A stretch of 54,770 nt of DNA, counting the filler, from Sluysia triapertura (lineage: Eukaryota): assembly GCA_046118255.1 (NCBI GenBank). It is 4 parts of 4 records of this genome, joined end to end, with 100 filler letters (N's around TTAATTAATTAA, not from the genome) between each part and the next. Parts side by side here need not be neighbours in the genome. Positions count along the whole stretch, not along the records: positions 1 to 16,292 come from JBJNIA010207368.1; 3 more parts are not named here. One strand, given 5' to 3'. Position numbers and translations under genes: made by a program. Below the pieces are notes generated by a model. That model was not told where the DNA came from. It did no database searches and worked only from the letters and a program-made list of their open reading frames with translations. Of the stretch, positions 1 to 11,700 are shown one piece after another (within the stretch, counting starts at the first letter, position 1; each line of letters begins with the position of its first letter).

Positions 1-947
1 TAAACAAACCAAAATTACGATTTTTTAATAAAGCATTGAATGTATTTTCATTGTTTTTGTATTATACTAGTATTTTTTTATTATTTTGCGGATTATCCGT
101 GCCGGCCCTCCCCATCATCAGCCTGGATAATCGGAGTCACTCAATTATGGATGTTTCAGTTTCAAATAATCAGTAAGAAAAATTGAAGATGGAATATTTT
201 CACCAATGTTGTATCTATGTAATCAATTCGAATGTGAAAATCGAGTTCCATAAGAGTAATTTCACACTTTTCCTTTTAGTATTTGATTGGTTTTTGATGT
301 TTCCTCATGTTTGAATGTAATATGCGCAACAATACGTGCAAACTCGAATATTGTTTTCATTTCCATTTAATAACACCATGAGCAAATATAAGTTAATTTT
401 TTAATTTTTGCTTGTATTTTATTTAGCAACACTCAATTGTTTGCTTGTATACACCAGTATTTTGATATTCGAAGGCTTCTTCCACCTTCGACTCCTTGAT
501 TGATTATTATTAAAACAAATCATGAATATTCTCCAATCTACGTATTTTATTTGTTATTTGTTAATTTTCTCGGCTCAGATTTATAAGGAAATATCCAAAA
601 ATCTCCAGTTACAGTTTGTTTTTACTAGGGACACGAAAATGTATAGATTTATGTAGAAATTCCACCTTTCATCTGAATAGGGAACTTCCAGGGGCCATAA
701 ACAGTTTATGGACATATTCGCGGATAAATTAAATGTAGGGAAAAACAGGTACAACCCGAATTTGATGATTATGTGTTATGTAGATAAATTAAACATTATG
801 TAAAGGTATTTTAAAAGCTGGATTTTCTAAAGAACTTTGATTAACAAATTTGGACCACGGAATTCCCGGTAGTAGGAACAGGTGAATAGGACATTGGTTT
901 TATAATTTTATTAAATGTTGTTGAATGACACAAGCTTTTATTCACAG

Positions 948-1182
948 GTATTCCTAGAAGAGACTCAAGAAAATGTCTTCCAATGTTACTACACTCCTGA
1001 ACATCCAGATCAATACGAAATACGAGTTTACTTCAATAACTCAGAGGTACCAAACTCACCATTCTTTGTAACTGCACTGTCATCAGAGCCGAATTTGAAA
1101 AATGTCAAGGTTTACGGACCCGGTGTGGAAGAGCATGGAGTCCTTGTTAATACAGTTACTGAATTCACAGTGAACTTAAAAG
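948..1182 (+). CDS. FLN: Filamin exon (end of one repeat, start of repeat-2-like unit)
   Basis: Acceptor ttcacag|GTA; encodes VFLEETQ...VPNSPFFV...VKVYGPGVE...FTVNLK; phase-1 donor G|gttatt. Confidence 0.9.
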
Positions 1183-4100
1183 GTTATTTCGGTGTTACTC
1201 GATTATATGTTTGTATGTTACCTACCAAGAAATACAATATTTTGTAGTATCTCGAAGAATAAATTTATATTCAATTTAATTTGCTTGAATGATTTGTCTT
1301 GTTAGCACGCGGAGAAAGATTATTCGTTTATGGAAGTTAAGGTTCCCAGCCTTTGGAACCGATTGTTCTTGAATAAATTACGCAATAAGTACGGTATTTC
1401 TCTGGGTTCTTCGGAGATTTCATCATTCCATCTATATGCTTTTGTGTCCCAAAGACAATAATTGAAGACCTCTAGTCCAACTTATCAAGATGGGAGATCA
1501 ACATCATCATAAGTCGTACAACAACAATAGGCATCCGAATATTTTGTGTAGAATTTAAATGAAGTATTTCTCGAATCCGCAATAATCTAAACTAAATGAA
1601 ATGAGATACAAACATGCATAAGTTTTTAGACATTTAATAGTTGTTTCTTTTGGTGACCATTTCTCTCAGTAATCATCAAAAGGAGGTTGTCTGACGCGTA
1701 AAGTTCCATAACGATGAACGAAGTGAAATGATAAATAAATAGAAATAGAAAAACAGATTTTCAGAAACAGCAATTGGTTAGATATAGTGTCGCAAAGAAT
1801 TCCGTATTCCAAGCGATTTTGAATCGCTATTTCATAATAGATATATCGCTACTACACTGTGTTTTGCAGAATTAATGATAGATGAGGGTACTGCAAAGTG
1901 AATATACTTCATATTGTTTATATTTTCGATGAATTCTATTGGATGTTTTAATTTTCTGTTTTCAGACTTTGTTGGAGCTAATTTGGATTGTGTTATCCTG
2001 GATTCTGAAAATAACAAAAATTCCGTGGTACCAGTAATCGTACCCGAAAGCGATAACAAGTATGCAGTTCAATACAAACCAGTTTCAGAGGGTGTTCATT
2101 CTGTCAATGTTTATTTAAATGGTCAACAAGTTCCAAATTCCCCGTTCCGAGTGAACGTATCTCCAAGTTAGTGTATTTTACTAAAACTATTCGATTTTAT
2201 CTTCATTTCCACTTATGAATAACAATCCATGTATGCTAGTCTTAAGATCTTAGTCTTTTCGAGCTTCTCGCCATACTTAGAAAGTAACGGATTGGTGCAT
2301 CAGTTCGTGTGGTTTTTTACAATCATGAAAAATGCATACAGATCAAGAATAAAAACATGCAAAAAATTCCAGATGACAAAATGAATTTATTAAATCATTA
2401 GAAAAAACAAATACCTTAGTCTCAATCGGTGAGGTATTCTCCGCCACAATCGATCACTTCTTTTTCTACACCGTTCTGGCAGTTTGTCAATCCAACATTT
2501 TGTAATTTTTGGTAGAAAAATTCTTCAATCCACATTGTTATTGCTTCTTCGTTTTCAAATATGAAACCAGAAAGATGATTCGACATGGAGCGGAATTGTT
2601 CATTTTTTTCTACCTGACACTCCATTTTAATGAGGGTAATGAAAGTGAAAGTTCGTCTAAAACGAATATAACTCAAATCAGTTAAAACAAGAAGTTGGTC
2701 TGCTTTCTTTGCAACAAATAAAACCTCACGAATGTATGCACCAACATAATAGCAAGAATTCATGTGATCATTTGAAGTATTAGTCACTTAGATATTACAA
2801 TGTTTCACTAGAATGTAAACAAGTCTTATTTTTAGTATTATGATTAGTGCACATTAATAATAATAATGATAATGATAATAGTAATATTGTAATAATATAA
2901 TTATTCTTTGTACTCACAACATCCAAGACAATTGCAATGTGAACAATGCATTTCTTGATAAATTATTAATTATTAAATCTATGCTTACAACAATTACAAA
3001 AATAAAATGGTTACACACTTAGTAGTTCTATCACTACTACTACTAAAACAATTCTTCTACTTCAATGTAATACAATGAATACGAAGTACACATGATTTTA
3101 CTATGTGTATGAGCATATTGTTAGATATTTATTTGTTGTATTACATATTGTCGTATGTGAACAAATTAATCAATGAAAATGATCTTCGAAATGAAACGTT
3201 ATATTGAAATTTACAATTAAAATTAATTTACACCATTAAATTGCAATTAAATTTACAATTTACAACGACGAATAGTGAAGATTGCACATTGTGCTTTGTA
3301 ACGATGTAGGTCGTATTTGGAAATGTATAAGTGATATATTAAAGAATTTCACACTGAATATCAATGAAATGCCGAAGTTTGAATGTTGGAACACAGTGAT
3401 AATGTTTGTCAGGGAATGTCAAATCAGTAGAAGGTTATGAAATATTTAAGATTTCAAAGTTTTTAAATAATAATAATAATAAAGATCAAACGAAAATGAT
3501 GATATTGTAAAATTAGGATGTAATCCGAATCTGGTCGTTGTGACGGGTCGTGGAATTCAGTCGACTGGAATACGGGTCGAGGATAATGCCGATTTTGTGG
3601 TCGATACTTCCAAAGCTGGCAAAGGTGAACTGAAGGTGAGGTTGCTGGATCCGACTCGAAAAGAGGCGGAGGTTAAAATTGTGGAACAGAAACCTAATAT
3701 TTACAAGTGCATTTATGTACCATCAAAACAAGGTCAGTATCAATTGAACGTTGATTACGATGGTGTCCCAGTTCACAAATCACCTTACAAGATACAAGTT
3801 CTGCCTTACAAGGACTCGTGCATCAAGGCTTATGGTCCTGGGCTGGAGTGCAGTGTTGTAGATAAACCGGCTATTTTTGTGGTAGATACTGATGGTGACG
3901 CAGGAGCATTGGGTAGGTTCATTTGTGATTTCTAATTATATCACTGTCGACATGTTCCTCATCACTTTGTCTCATTCTAATCAAGTATTCTGATAAGTTT
4001 ATATTCTTATTGTACTTTCCAGGCTTTTCAATAGAAGGTCCAAGCCAAGCAAAAATCGAATGTTGCGACAATCAGGACTCTAGCGTGACTGTGTGTTACT

Positions 4101-5688
4101 GGCCCACGGAACCTGGCATGTATGCGATACACATCAGGTCGAATAATGAAGATATACCAAATTCGCCTTTCATGGCTCAAATTATTCCTAAAGAAGGCAA
4201 ATCTGATGTTTCCAAGGTTACCACTTCATTTTAATGTTGATTCGATATTAAACAGACCCAATAATATTAATAACAAAGGGAATAGTAATAATAGTAATAA
4301 TAATAATGATTATAATAAAGTAGAAAGCACATTAAATTGTTTAAATTTGAATAAAACTCATTTTATAAATTTAATATTTTGTGATTGTAATATTTAATAA
4401 ATTGTGATGAGCCATTAATAATAATTAAATAAATGTATTAAATTTCGAAATTAGTAGTATTGCTGTAATTTTTCTAACACTTACTATTTTTTGACAGGGT
4501 CCGGTTACAGTTGGCATTTCTGCAACTTGATAAGTTAATAACTACCTTAATTCTGATCTTACAGCCTTAAAACTGGCAGTTGAATTTAATACTTTTAAAG
4601 TACTTAAGGGTCTTCACACAAGGATACTTTACAAATGCTATTTTAACACAACGAATAGGACCAAAAACTCAAAAAATTTATATAAAAATTTAATAATTTA
4701 CAAAATTGTAATAGATATAATGAGAAAAAGGCAGAATAAAATTATTTATAAATATTAAACTATTTTAATATTTAACTTATTTATTGATGCTTAAGTTACT
4801 CTGTATTTTGCCACTCGATATATCGGGGAGACTTTAGAAATTTAATTTTATTAATCAAAATTAGTATCACCTCACAAAAAATAACTTCAATTTAACATGA
4901 ATTTGATAAAAAAGCGATTGTGAATAAAACAGCTAAATAAAATTTCCAAAATGGAGATTTTCATTAAATTGATGCTTGTTTATATGCTGGTCATCAACCA
5001 ATGAGACTCGATGGAATGCTCTGTAACATTCTAGAAGCTTCTATTCTATTTTTGGAAACGGATTTTCTTTTTTCTAAAATTTATTTTTTGGAAAATAATT
5101 ATTTTAAAATGATTTTAAAGATTTAAAAATGATTTTAAAGCATTTTAGAGGGCTGTGATGACGCATAAAGTAATGCAATTTTTATAATCTGCGGTTAACC
5201 AGGTGAGACGACGTGTACGCATTGAGTTTATAAGGAGTCAAAAAATGAAATGTTTGCACAATAAAACAAAAAGTTATAAAAATATCAATCATTTGTGTTA
5301 TCACTTACAATCTCCAAATGTGGCATTTGTACAAACAACCTTGATCGAAGTACATCGTTTACTGAACGTTTTTGGTATATTCACATCAATTTCTGGTGTA
5401 AAAGATCACATAAATATATCACTCCATTGAGACTGAACAAGCTCCACATTAGAGATATCTGTTCGCAGATTCTTTCGTGGTTATAAAGCTTATTCTTAGT
5501 TATCATTAGAAGTCTATCATTAAAATCCCTTCTAACTTATTGTCCAAAGTAATCTTAAAATTTTAAATGCGCTATATTTTTATTTCACATTATTTCACAT
5601 TTCTTATCAAATACATCATTGATATTTATTATGTTTTGTAAATATGATTCAAGTATTGATTTAGACCATCATTTAAAGTTATCTGTGC

Positions 5689-5738
<50 letters not shown>

Positions 5739-8700
5739 CAGTATTTGTTGAAATTTTATTTTATTTGTTGAATTTTATTTGATTGAATCAACAGATCTAG
5801 TAACCATGCGTAGTGGACGCTCGAAATAAAAAATCGATAAACAATTTGGTGTCTAAATAACCTCATAAACGACTCCATATTTAATAGGAAAACAAAGATT
5901 ATTGAAGGAACTCGAGTAACATTAGAAAATGGTCCCCTTAGAAGTCAGTAATTGAGTCAAACCGATGTTAAGATCGTGTGTACCTGTCTCTGGTAAGGGT
6001 GTAAATCGCGCACTGTAGACGAACTCTTATTTTGTAATTAATTATTATTATTAAACAATGACACATTCTCAGATTGAAATGACAATGAAAATTACTTTGA
6101 CTGTTTGAATAACTCAGATATTGACGATCCAAAATGATTCGTTTTTATTATGACTAAAAAAGGAGAAATGAAAATGATTATTAGAACAATTGTCTAGTTG
6201 AAATAAACAGTTGGATTACTCGAAATCGAGAGGTATTCGACGAACAGATTCCTTAATAATTACTAAAAATAGTTCAGTGTCAACTAATCAATAAATTTAT
6301 CCTTAATTTCGGATACTTTTGTGACGTCATATTTATCATTGACAATTTCTAAATTTTTATTAAAGTTGTGTTACTTATAAAAGTAAGTAGATAATTGTTA
6401 CTTTTTAATTCAGATTCAAGTAACTGGTCAAGGTGTAGTTGCTAATAAAGTTTATCTGGACAAAATGAATGAATTTGTAATTGATTGTACAGAATATGCA
6501 GAATATAACAATCACAATCCGATTGTCAAATGTTACCAGAGTGATGGGCAAGAAGTGCCTGTTAATATGACGTCTAGTGGGAAAAAATACTTATGCAAAT
6601 ATCAGCCTAAGTTGGCAGGTAATCATAAAGTCTTCATTACTGTTGATGATCAATCCATTGCTAAGAGTCCCTATCGAGTAAGTGTGTCGCAGTAATCGAA
6701 AAACTAATTTATTCAGATTCATGTTCCAAAACTAGCAGAACCTGAGAAAGTGCGAGTATTTGGTGACGGTGCTTCTCATGCCCAGCGATTTAAGCCCTCC
6801 AAATTCATCATCGACACCACTAACGCAGGTGATGCAAATCTAATGGTTGATATAACTGACGAATTCGGAAATTCGATTTCTTCCAAGATCACCCGCGATG
6901 CAGATCCGTACATTTACGAGGTCGAATATACGCCAGTCACCGTGGGGCCTGCATATACGTGCTCTGTTCTGTTCAACGGTGTTCCCATACCAAGCAGTCC
7001 TTTCATAATCAAAATTGAACCCGACATTGATGTGTCTGACGTTTTTGTGGAAAATCTAGAAAAAAGTATTTAATTCTTTTCAATATATTTTATAAATGAA
7101 TATTCGAACTGAAGTAGCAGTTGTGCAACTTATTAGTAGCACGAATAATTGTTAAAAGGGCGGGCAAGCCGGGCGAATGCTCAGAACGCCGATATAAAAA
7201 TATAATATTGTTTTACATTCATTATTTTTTTGATTTTATAAATTACAATCTATCATTTTTATGAGATATCGATTTTTTTAGCAAGCAATAACTTTTTTCT
7301 TTAATAATACCAAATAAAGGTCATAACGCTAATTATTTTAATATTGTAAACTGCTTACAAACTGATTTTCAAAAAAAATTAATTTAATTAACTGTTATTG
7401 AATTTTTGACAAATAGCATTACAAAAGATCTTGTACGTCACACGTATGCAACTGGAATAGCATGACTTGCTTTTCAAAGTTCTCATCCTTTCGTCGCTCT
7501 AACTTCAAATGTGCTCGTTATGTTATTCCATATGTTGTATTGCTTTTAAGTAAATAACTATCTCGTTACTTTTTAAATAACTAAATTTTTTACAGTTATT
7601 TATTGTGTAATTTTGATTTTATGTCCTTTTTTTACTATTTTTTAAATTCGCACTAAATGTGTATATTCTTGTATAAAAGGGCGTCAAATTTTGTTTTGTC
7701 CGGGTTGCTCAAAACCCTAGATCTGGCATTGCTTGACAAATGAAAATGTAAAGCGAGACAGAATATATTGATTCTTCTTCGTGACATCACATTTGAACGA
7801 ATTAGTGAATGCGCTTTCAAGAAAAATTTCTACCGGAAGTTCCATTTAATTGATTTAATTGAATTAATTGGTCAGTACTTTACAAATCAGAACAGATATC
7901 TGTAATAACACGATAGTCAACACAGATAAGTATTTTTGTACGACCGCTAACATTTCTTAATTGCTTGATGCTGAATGTTGAAAAGCATTTTAAAAATAGT
8001 TCTAATAAACGTTGATGCGGTTGTGAATATTTAGATGTCTCGTTTTTATTTGATTGTTAGTCGGTTTTATGCGGTAAGGCCCTCTTTCTGATCGTATTAT
8101 CGAACTATCGAATGGATTTATAATTTAAAATAAGACACAATAGAGCGTCTCAGTAATGATCTCAGTAGCTTCTGAAATCAATAAAGAATGGAGTTTTTCT
8201 AAAAAAAAAGTGTAATAAAGACGAAGTGGAACTTATTACTTTTAGTAGCATTTTAATAAGACATGAAAAAACGAATACTAAGAGACAAATTAATAAATTA
8301 TAATATTATAGAAGAAAATTAATGAATGACCGGATGAAATTGGCCACATTATCATATACATACTATTAACTGTAAAAAATAATAATATAAATGAATTATA
8401 GACAAATTATTGTAGAATGGAATCGAAGAATTAATTGGTCATGCCGGTGAATAATACTGCATAAATGGGGTTTTTCGTATATTATTGAGATCGCATATTG
8501 AAGATCATAATTATTTGAATTTTTTAGAAATATTCCAAGAGTCTTTTGTCCGATTCGGTGTCAATGCTACCGCAATCGATAAATCTGGCAAGGGTATTGT
8601 AAAGGCGATTTTCACGGATTCAAATGGTTATAAGTCGGCTAGTGTGGTGAAGAATATGGGCGACGGTCACTACAAGTGCAATTATTCACCGTTTAATGCT

Positions 8701-11700
8701 GGTTCGTCAATAATTTATTATTGATTTTATAAGAATATGCTTATTTCAAGATATTGCAAGCCTGAGAAGTTGTCGGGCAATGAGGCATCTGCATTGTACC
8801 GATATTTTTTTAACTTTTGTATCTTTTTCCATATCGCATACGAACTCCAAAGTGCGTATTAGAACATTTTAAAATGAAATAACAGATTTTTGATATCTTT
8901 TCTTCACTCGACCGAATTTTTGTAATTGAATCTCGAATCGGTCCGGAATGTTTCAGTAAATAAATGTGCATTATTTGATCTTATTATTTTAGGTATGTAT
9001 GAATTGAACGTGACCTACAACGATTTGCCGTTAAAGACGAACCCAATAATGGTAGAAGTGGTTCCTGGTTGCGATGCCAGTCGTATTACGGTATCTGGTG
9101 ACGGTCTCCAAGGTGGTATTACGAATAAGCTTTCAGTATTCACTATCGATCTCGATGGAGCTGGTCAAGGCAATCTTAGTTTGGCTATTGAAGGTCCATC
9201 TGATGCCAAGATCAAATGCGTGGATAATATGGATGGAACTTGTACAGTAGAATACAGTTCAACATTACCGGGCTTGTACGACATCTATATCAAGTTCAAT
9301 GACGAAGATATTAAAGGTTTATATTTGTTTAGAGTCAGTTGTTTCAATCTTTATTTTTGTTCCTTTCGAGTACCGTTCTGTTCTAGTAGCATGCTCAAAA
9401 ATAGATTTATTTGAACTTTTATCCTCGTTAGGTTTTCCCATTCGGGTTTATCATAAGGATCAAGATTCAACTAGAGAAGATAAAATTGTCTGTAACTCTC
9501 CAAATGCCATTGACGATACGGAACGAACAGATGCAGATAGTATTCTCCAGTCTCTGACTACTGCTGCCGACAATTTATCTCCATCTGTTCAGTCGCATCA
9601 TCGTTTTGGTGCTTGTCTCAATCCGTGCACTGCCAATACCACATATTCTGTTACATCACCAGTAAATCACAATATGTCATCCTCAGAACATGTCGGTGAT
9701 TCGTATTTCGATATAACATATGCGCAGACCGTACAAACGAACATCAACAATGATCTGGGTTGCAATGTTGACTCTGCTTATTCCTCAATCACGCCTCTGT
9801 CTACCACCACAAAATGTATCGTCAAACGCGACCCTCAGAACATTAACTTCAGTTTTCCTAGCAATCAATCGTATTTTTCAATGACCTTTGTAGATAGTAG
9901 ACATTCTGGTGGCGATAATAGCAGCTTATCCATACCATCAGAGTTCTCTGACATATTTCTGGATGCTACTACAGGAGGGCTGCTGGATGCCAGAGCATTT
10001 TTGACGGAGAAATATTTGAAAAGCTTTTTTACGGATAAGTCCCAGACCTTGAACGAAACTGCAAATACTAAGGCCGACTCTAACGAAATCGAAGATGACG
10101 ATGAAGCTCAATTATATGGATGCAGTAGTGTTAATTCATATGACGACTTTCTCGACGAAGAATTTGACTCTGGGCCAAATGACAAGGAGCCGAATGAAAA
10201 TAATGGTCGCAAAATGAACAACGGAGGCGCTGTGTGTTCTGTGAGATTGTCTACACTGGTCGAGGACTCTAATGAAGACGCGTACACTGACAACACTTTA
10301 GTCGGAGCTAGTAACCGAACTAGCAAAGCCACAAGTCGATCGTCGATTCGAGAAGAAGCTATGAGTTTTGATAAAGAAAATGATGACTATGAAAGTGATA
10401 ACACAGCTAAATCCAACTCCAATTTGACTCCGTGTCGATGGAAAACCAACAATTTGGCCTTGAAAAGCGCACCTCAGTCACCTACCAAAGAAATGAAAGA
10501 ACAAATTCCCATTAATGGACCGCCTAAAAAATCGTTTTCTTCCGACAACATCTTCAATGTAAAGAGTGTATTTCCAAGTACAATTTCTTTCGACATTGAT
10601 TTAAAATCGTCAAATAAAGTTTTAGCTCGACTTCTGTTCGAAAAAAGTCGTAAACCTCCGATTCCACAACGTAGTAATAAAGAAATGTGTTGCTCTCAAT
10701 TTCCGGAACCGCCCACACACAACTTTGCAGCTTCATCTGAATCTATGAGCCAGAATGGAAGTGACGACCAAGCATTTAATTTGCCGAGTTTCCCGAAACA
10801 AGATAACTTTGATTCCGAAGTTGAATGCGAAGACGAAGACGAACAAGCAGCTAATATCAATCAGAGGTCGATTGAATGTGTCAGCAAAACCGACTTCGAA
10901 GATGACGATAATGCCAATGATGTCACGTGGACTGAGTCGTTTTGTTTTCCGAAATTCCATCAAGTGGTTTATGAAACTATTCAATCTTTTATTGACGAAT
11001 TCCATAATACTAAACCAGAATGCACTTCAGAGGAATTACATATCCTAAATTTTTCCAGAAATATTCAAGTGTTTCAAGTACGGACTTGGCTCAGTACTTG
11101 CGCGATAAACCGTGTTTTCTGTCAAGAGTTGTCGGATCACGATGTAGCACTAAGTAACGACAGTTATTCTGGAACGAAATTTTCAATACCTTCAAATATT
11201 ATAAAATTATGTGACAATGTTTCCTTTGAAATGACAAGTAATAACTGCAATAACTCTCGAATCGAAAATCACTGCAACCAGGATAAATCTAAGCAGAGCA
11301 AGTCAATATCGGTGTCAGTTTCTCTGTCTAAAAGCACCTCAACCAATGTACCCAGCCACAATGCACTGCTGCGTGCAGAAGAATTGCAACCCATGCTCGA
11401 CTATATAGACATAACACAAGAACTGCCCTATGTTGTTATACCCAGATATTACTACTATTTCAAAGAAGTCATTAAAGTACGCAAGAAAGTACCATTTTAT
11501 GTGAGTTTCAGTTTTCCAAATATTGCAACTTATCGAAATCCGAACGGGACAAATATTGCACTGAATTCGCTGACTAATATTTTTCCTCGAAAAACAAGTC
11601 CAAAGTCAGTCTATTCTTCCAGTAATATCGATTCTTGGAATTTTACTCAAGAGCCAGATGAACTGTCGTACACACTGCCACCACCACCTCCATCGCCATT

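Noticed and set aside
88-140. gattatcc...ggataatcggagt hairpin as a terminator or regulatory element
   Set aside because: More likely a fragment of a Tc1/pogo-type MITE end; the partner end was not found, so it is not called.
9299-9431. N-terminus of the 1058-aa ORF ([23 protein letters not shown]...) as a signal peptide of a standalone gene
   Set aside because: It overlaps the filamin exon end in another frame and reads through a T-rich intron. The hydrophobicity is explained by intron composition, and the in-phase acceptor at 9432 is the simpler model. A nested gene is not fully excluded.
10108-11048. Short ORFs overlapping the giant ORF (10108-10332, 10554-10736, 10733-11005, 10755-11048)
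   Set aside because: These are shadow frames of a coding region with no recognisable motifs.
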